DNA of 64,000 nt from Leucoraja ocellata (Eukaryota): NCBI GenBank assembly GCA_036785375.1, contig JAWMAR010000033.1, positions 10,912,001 to 10,976,000 of the forward strand. The letters run 5' to 3'. The first letter of the stretch is position 1. Every line of letters starts with the position of its first letter. The notes under the pieces were generated by a model. The model ran no database searches, had not been told where the DNA came from, and was given only the letters and a program-made list of their open reading frames with translations. Positions 63,001 to 64,000 of the stretch are shown here, one piece after another. Position numbers and translations under genes: made by a program.

Positions 63001-64000
63001 TCAATTCTAAGTTTGTTTAATATTCTTCTCTTTTTTGTAATGAATTTCATGAGACTTGGATTATGGAGCTGGAGAAAATAAGTTGGTGGTTGAAAGCCGA
63101 AAGCTAGAAAGGCTGAATGGGAAAGAAATGTTATATAGGATCAATTTCCCAAATGTTCTTTGAGCAAATGGAGTAGGCAAGGCTTCTTCATGACAGAAGG
63201 GAGTAAAGATGAGAACAATGCTTTCAAAGTTGAATGACGCTGGATCAAAAATTCACTTCAAAAATCAAATGTTTGCAACTTTGAGGAATACCCACAAGTG
63301 GAGTTGCTACTGTTGGTGTCATGTCAACTAACGCATTGGAATGATCACTAAATAATGGAGAGACTAAATGACGTAAGTTCTTAACCTGGCTGTAAAAGGC
63401 AGTAAATAAACCATGCCAACCAGACTGAAGAAGGGATTTGACCTAAAACACCTGCTATGTTCTCCAGAGATACTGCCTGACCAACTGAGTTACTCCGGCA
63501 CTTTGTGTTTTGTTAAGTAAACCATTACTATTTTATTCTATTAATTAATGGCGAGTTGTGTTGCTGCACATTAGTGATGAGATGAGGCATGGTGCATGCT
63601 ATAAAGAGATGCAAGATGATATTGATTATGAGGAAGTAGGATTTGGCCAGTTCCAGTGACCTTGATTTGGTTGCTGGTATGTAAACTTGCTCGTGATGTA
63701 AGAAATTTGACACTCTTAATAGACCTCACAAACCTTTGTCCTGCCCATCCCTGCCTAATCTAAGCTCAAACCTAAAACTAACATGTTTGCTTTTTTTGTT
63801 TAAGAAGGAACTGCAGATGCTGGAAAATGAAGGTAGACAAAATGCTGGAGAAACTCAGTGGGTGAGGCAGCATCTATGGAGCGAAGGAAGTAGGCTATTT
63901 CCTTCGCTCCATAGATGCTGCCTCACCCGCTGAGTTTCTCCAGAATTTTTGTCTACCTGTTTTCTCTCGTTCATAGTTTTGACTTGAAATGTTTTTTTCT

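Overview
Vertebrate genomic DNA, most likely from a skate or ray (inferred from elasmobranch-type CR1/HER1 LINE tails, HE1/V-SINE-like tRNA SINEs and dense Penelope relics; species not determinable). There are two recognisable genes, arranged tail-to-tail. (1) A 3-exon phosphoglycerate mutase, best read as pgam2 (+ strand, 4712-11313), with a 1-nt homopolymer frameshift in exon 1. (2) A complete stard7 (- strand, 8 coding exons, 29175-38604), with a probable upstream first exon and YY1/ETS promoter near 42.2-42.3 kb. A 200-N gap (18754-18953) separates two near-identical copies of one segment (5520-18753 and 18954-33402), most likely a haplotype-overlap false duplication. The second copy has a 34-bp deletion and two frameshifts in pgam2, and different VNTR lengths. 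A CpG island at 59.15-60.06 kb looks like a bidirectional promoter for unidentified genes. The most striking non-genic signal is dozens of short Penelope-derived units, often self-complementary and TSD-flanked. Many carry a minimal hammerhead-ribozyme core (CUGAAGA-A-stem II-GAAAC-GUC/GUU). Most ORFs in the supplied track are spurious.
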